From a virus: a stretch of DNA of 64,000 bases. Shown here piece by piece: positions 63,593-64,000 of the stretch (position 1 is the first letter of the stretch; every line of letters starts with the position of its first letter). Under the pieces are notes generated by a model, which saw nothing but the letters and a program-made list of their open reading frames with translations, was not told where the DNA came from and did not search any database. The position numbers and the translations under genes were made by a program. The stretch lies in IMG/VR virus record IMGVR_UViG_3300033545_000001, positions 55,393-119,392 of that record; one strand, given 5' to 3'.

Positions 63593-63663
63593 GCAGAGGA
63601 TAGTGTAAAGCGCACTCCAGTCATCGGGACTGGCAGCTCCGGGGTAGCGTCCGGTCCTCAGCA
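63593..63663 (+). ncRNA. tRNA-like RNA copy 2
   Basis: GCAGAGGA/TCCTCAGC acceptor, GTGT/GCAC D stem, CCAGTCATCGGGACTGG arm, CCGGG-GTAGCG-TCCGG T arm. Confidence 0.65.
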
Positions 63664-63667
63664 TAAT

Positions 63668-63739
63668 ATGGGTGTAGTTCAATGGCGAGAGCAGCAGTCT
63701 CCAAAACTGCAAATGGGGGTTCGAATCCCTCCACCCATG
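63668..63739 (+). tRNA. tRNA-Trp(CCA)
   Basis: Cloverleaf, loop CTCCAAA, G73. Confidence 0.9.
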
Positions 63740-63810
63740 CGTAGTATGTTTGAGTAGTCTAGCCAGATCGCTTCAGGAGACACGGCTGCCCCTGACAAGC
63801 ATATTATAAT

Positions 63811-63881
63811 TGGAGAATGGTGTAATGGCAGCACTAATGACTTTGAATCATTCAGTGAAAGTTCGAGTCTTTCTTCTCCAG
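63811..63881 (+). tRNA. tRNA-Gln(TTG)
   Basis: Cloverleaf, loop CTTTGAA, U1-A72. Confidence 0.9.
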
Positions 63882-63893
63882 CGTAACAGCAGT

Positions 63894-63966
63894 GCCCCAT
63901 TAGCTCAATGGCTAAGAGCCACGCTCTTGTAAAGCGAAGATGAGAGTTCGATTCTTTCATGGGGCT
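63894..63966 (+). tRNA. tRNA-Thr(TGT)
   Basis: Cloverleaf, loop CTTGTAA. Confidence 0.88.
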
Positions 63967-63980
63967 CGTAATAATTTAAT

Positions 63981-64000
63981 GCCTCTAAAGCATTAAGGTG
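63981..64000 (+). tRNA. probable 5' end of a further tRNA (truncated by window)
   Basis: GCCTCTA-AA-GCAT-TAAGGTG after AT-rich spacer. Confidence 0.45.

Noticed and set aside
61846-63663. tRNA-Pyl or tRNA-Sec assignment for the tRNA-like elements
   Set aside because: They share a small D loop and lack TTC like tRNA-Pyl, but have no CTA or TCA anticodon.
61699-63960. Short ORFs overlapping tRNA genes (61699, 63494, 63530, 63679)
   Set aside because: Spurious frames across tRNA sequences.
1-64000. Stop-codon reassignment
   Set aside because: Standard code gives dense full-length genes ending in TAA, TAG and TGA; no suppressor tRNA seen.

Overview
A 64-kb segment of a large tailed dsDNA phage (siphovirus-type tail, no sheath gene seen), almost entirely coded on the + strand. 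An actinobacterial host is inferred from leaderless TTGACA-N17-TAGnnT promoters, a class 3 intein, actinophage-type endonuclease VII genes and a FliA/WhiG-like sigma factor. Gene order is: recombination and replication genes (split SbcC, SbcD, PD-(D/E)XK nuclease, DnaN-like clamp, intein-containing DnaX); a sugar-modification cluster; a head module (TerL, intein-containing portal, protease/scaffold, decoration, major capsid); neck and tail genes (-1 frameshift chaperones, 2093-aa tape measure, Dit, hub, tailspikes); a minimal VIT1/CCC1 membrane protein; SNF2 helicase; sigma factor; NrdB/NrdA; deaminase; degenerate C5-methyltransferase; and a tRNA array running off the window end. Most notable: (1) a FliA/WhiG-like sigma with an altered -35 helix paired with a recurring CCGAT motif ahead of late genes; (2) two tRNA-like RNAs sharing an identical non-canonical arm, plus a D-armless tRNA(UAU); (3) homing endonuclease genes whose 3' ends repeat the 3' end of the upstream gene; (4) a shared N-terminal [VI]ELA motif in four head-module proteins; (5) a candidate virion glycosylation pathway. 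All calls come from manual motif reading; no database searches were run.
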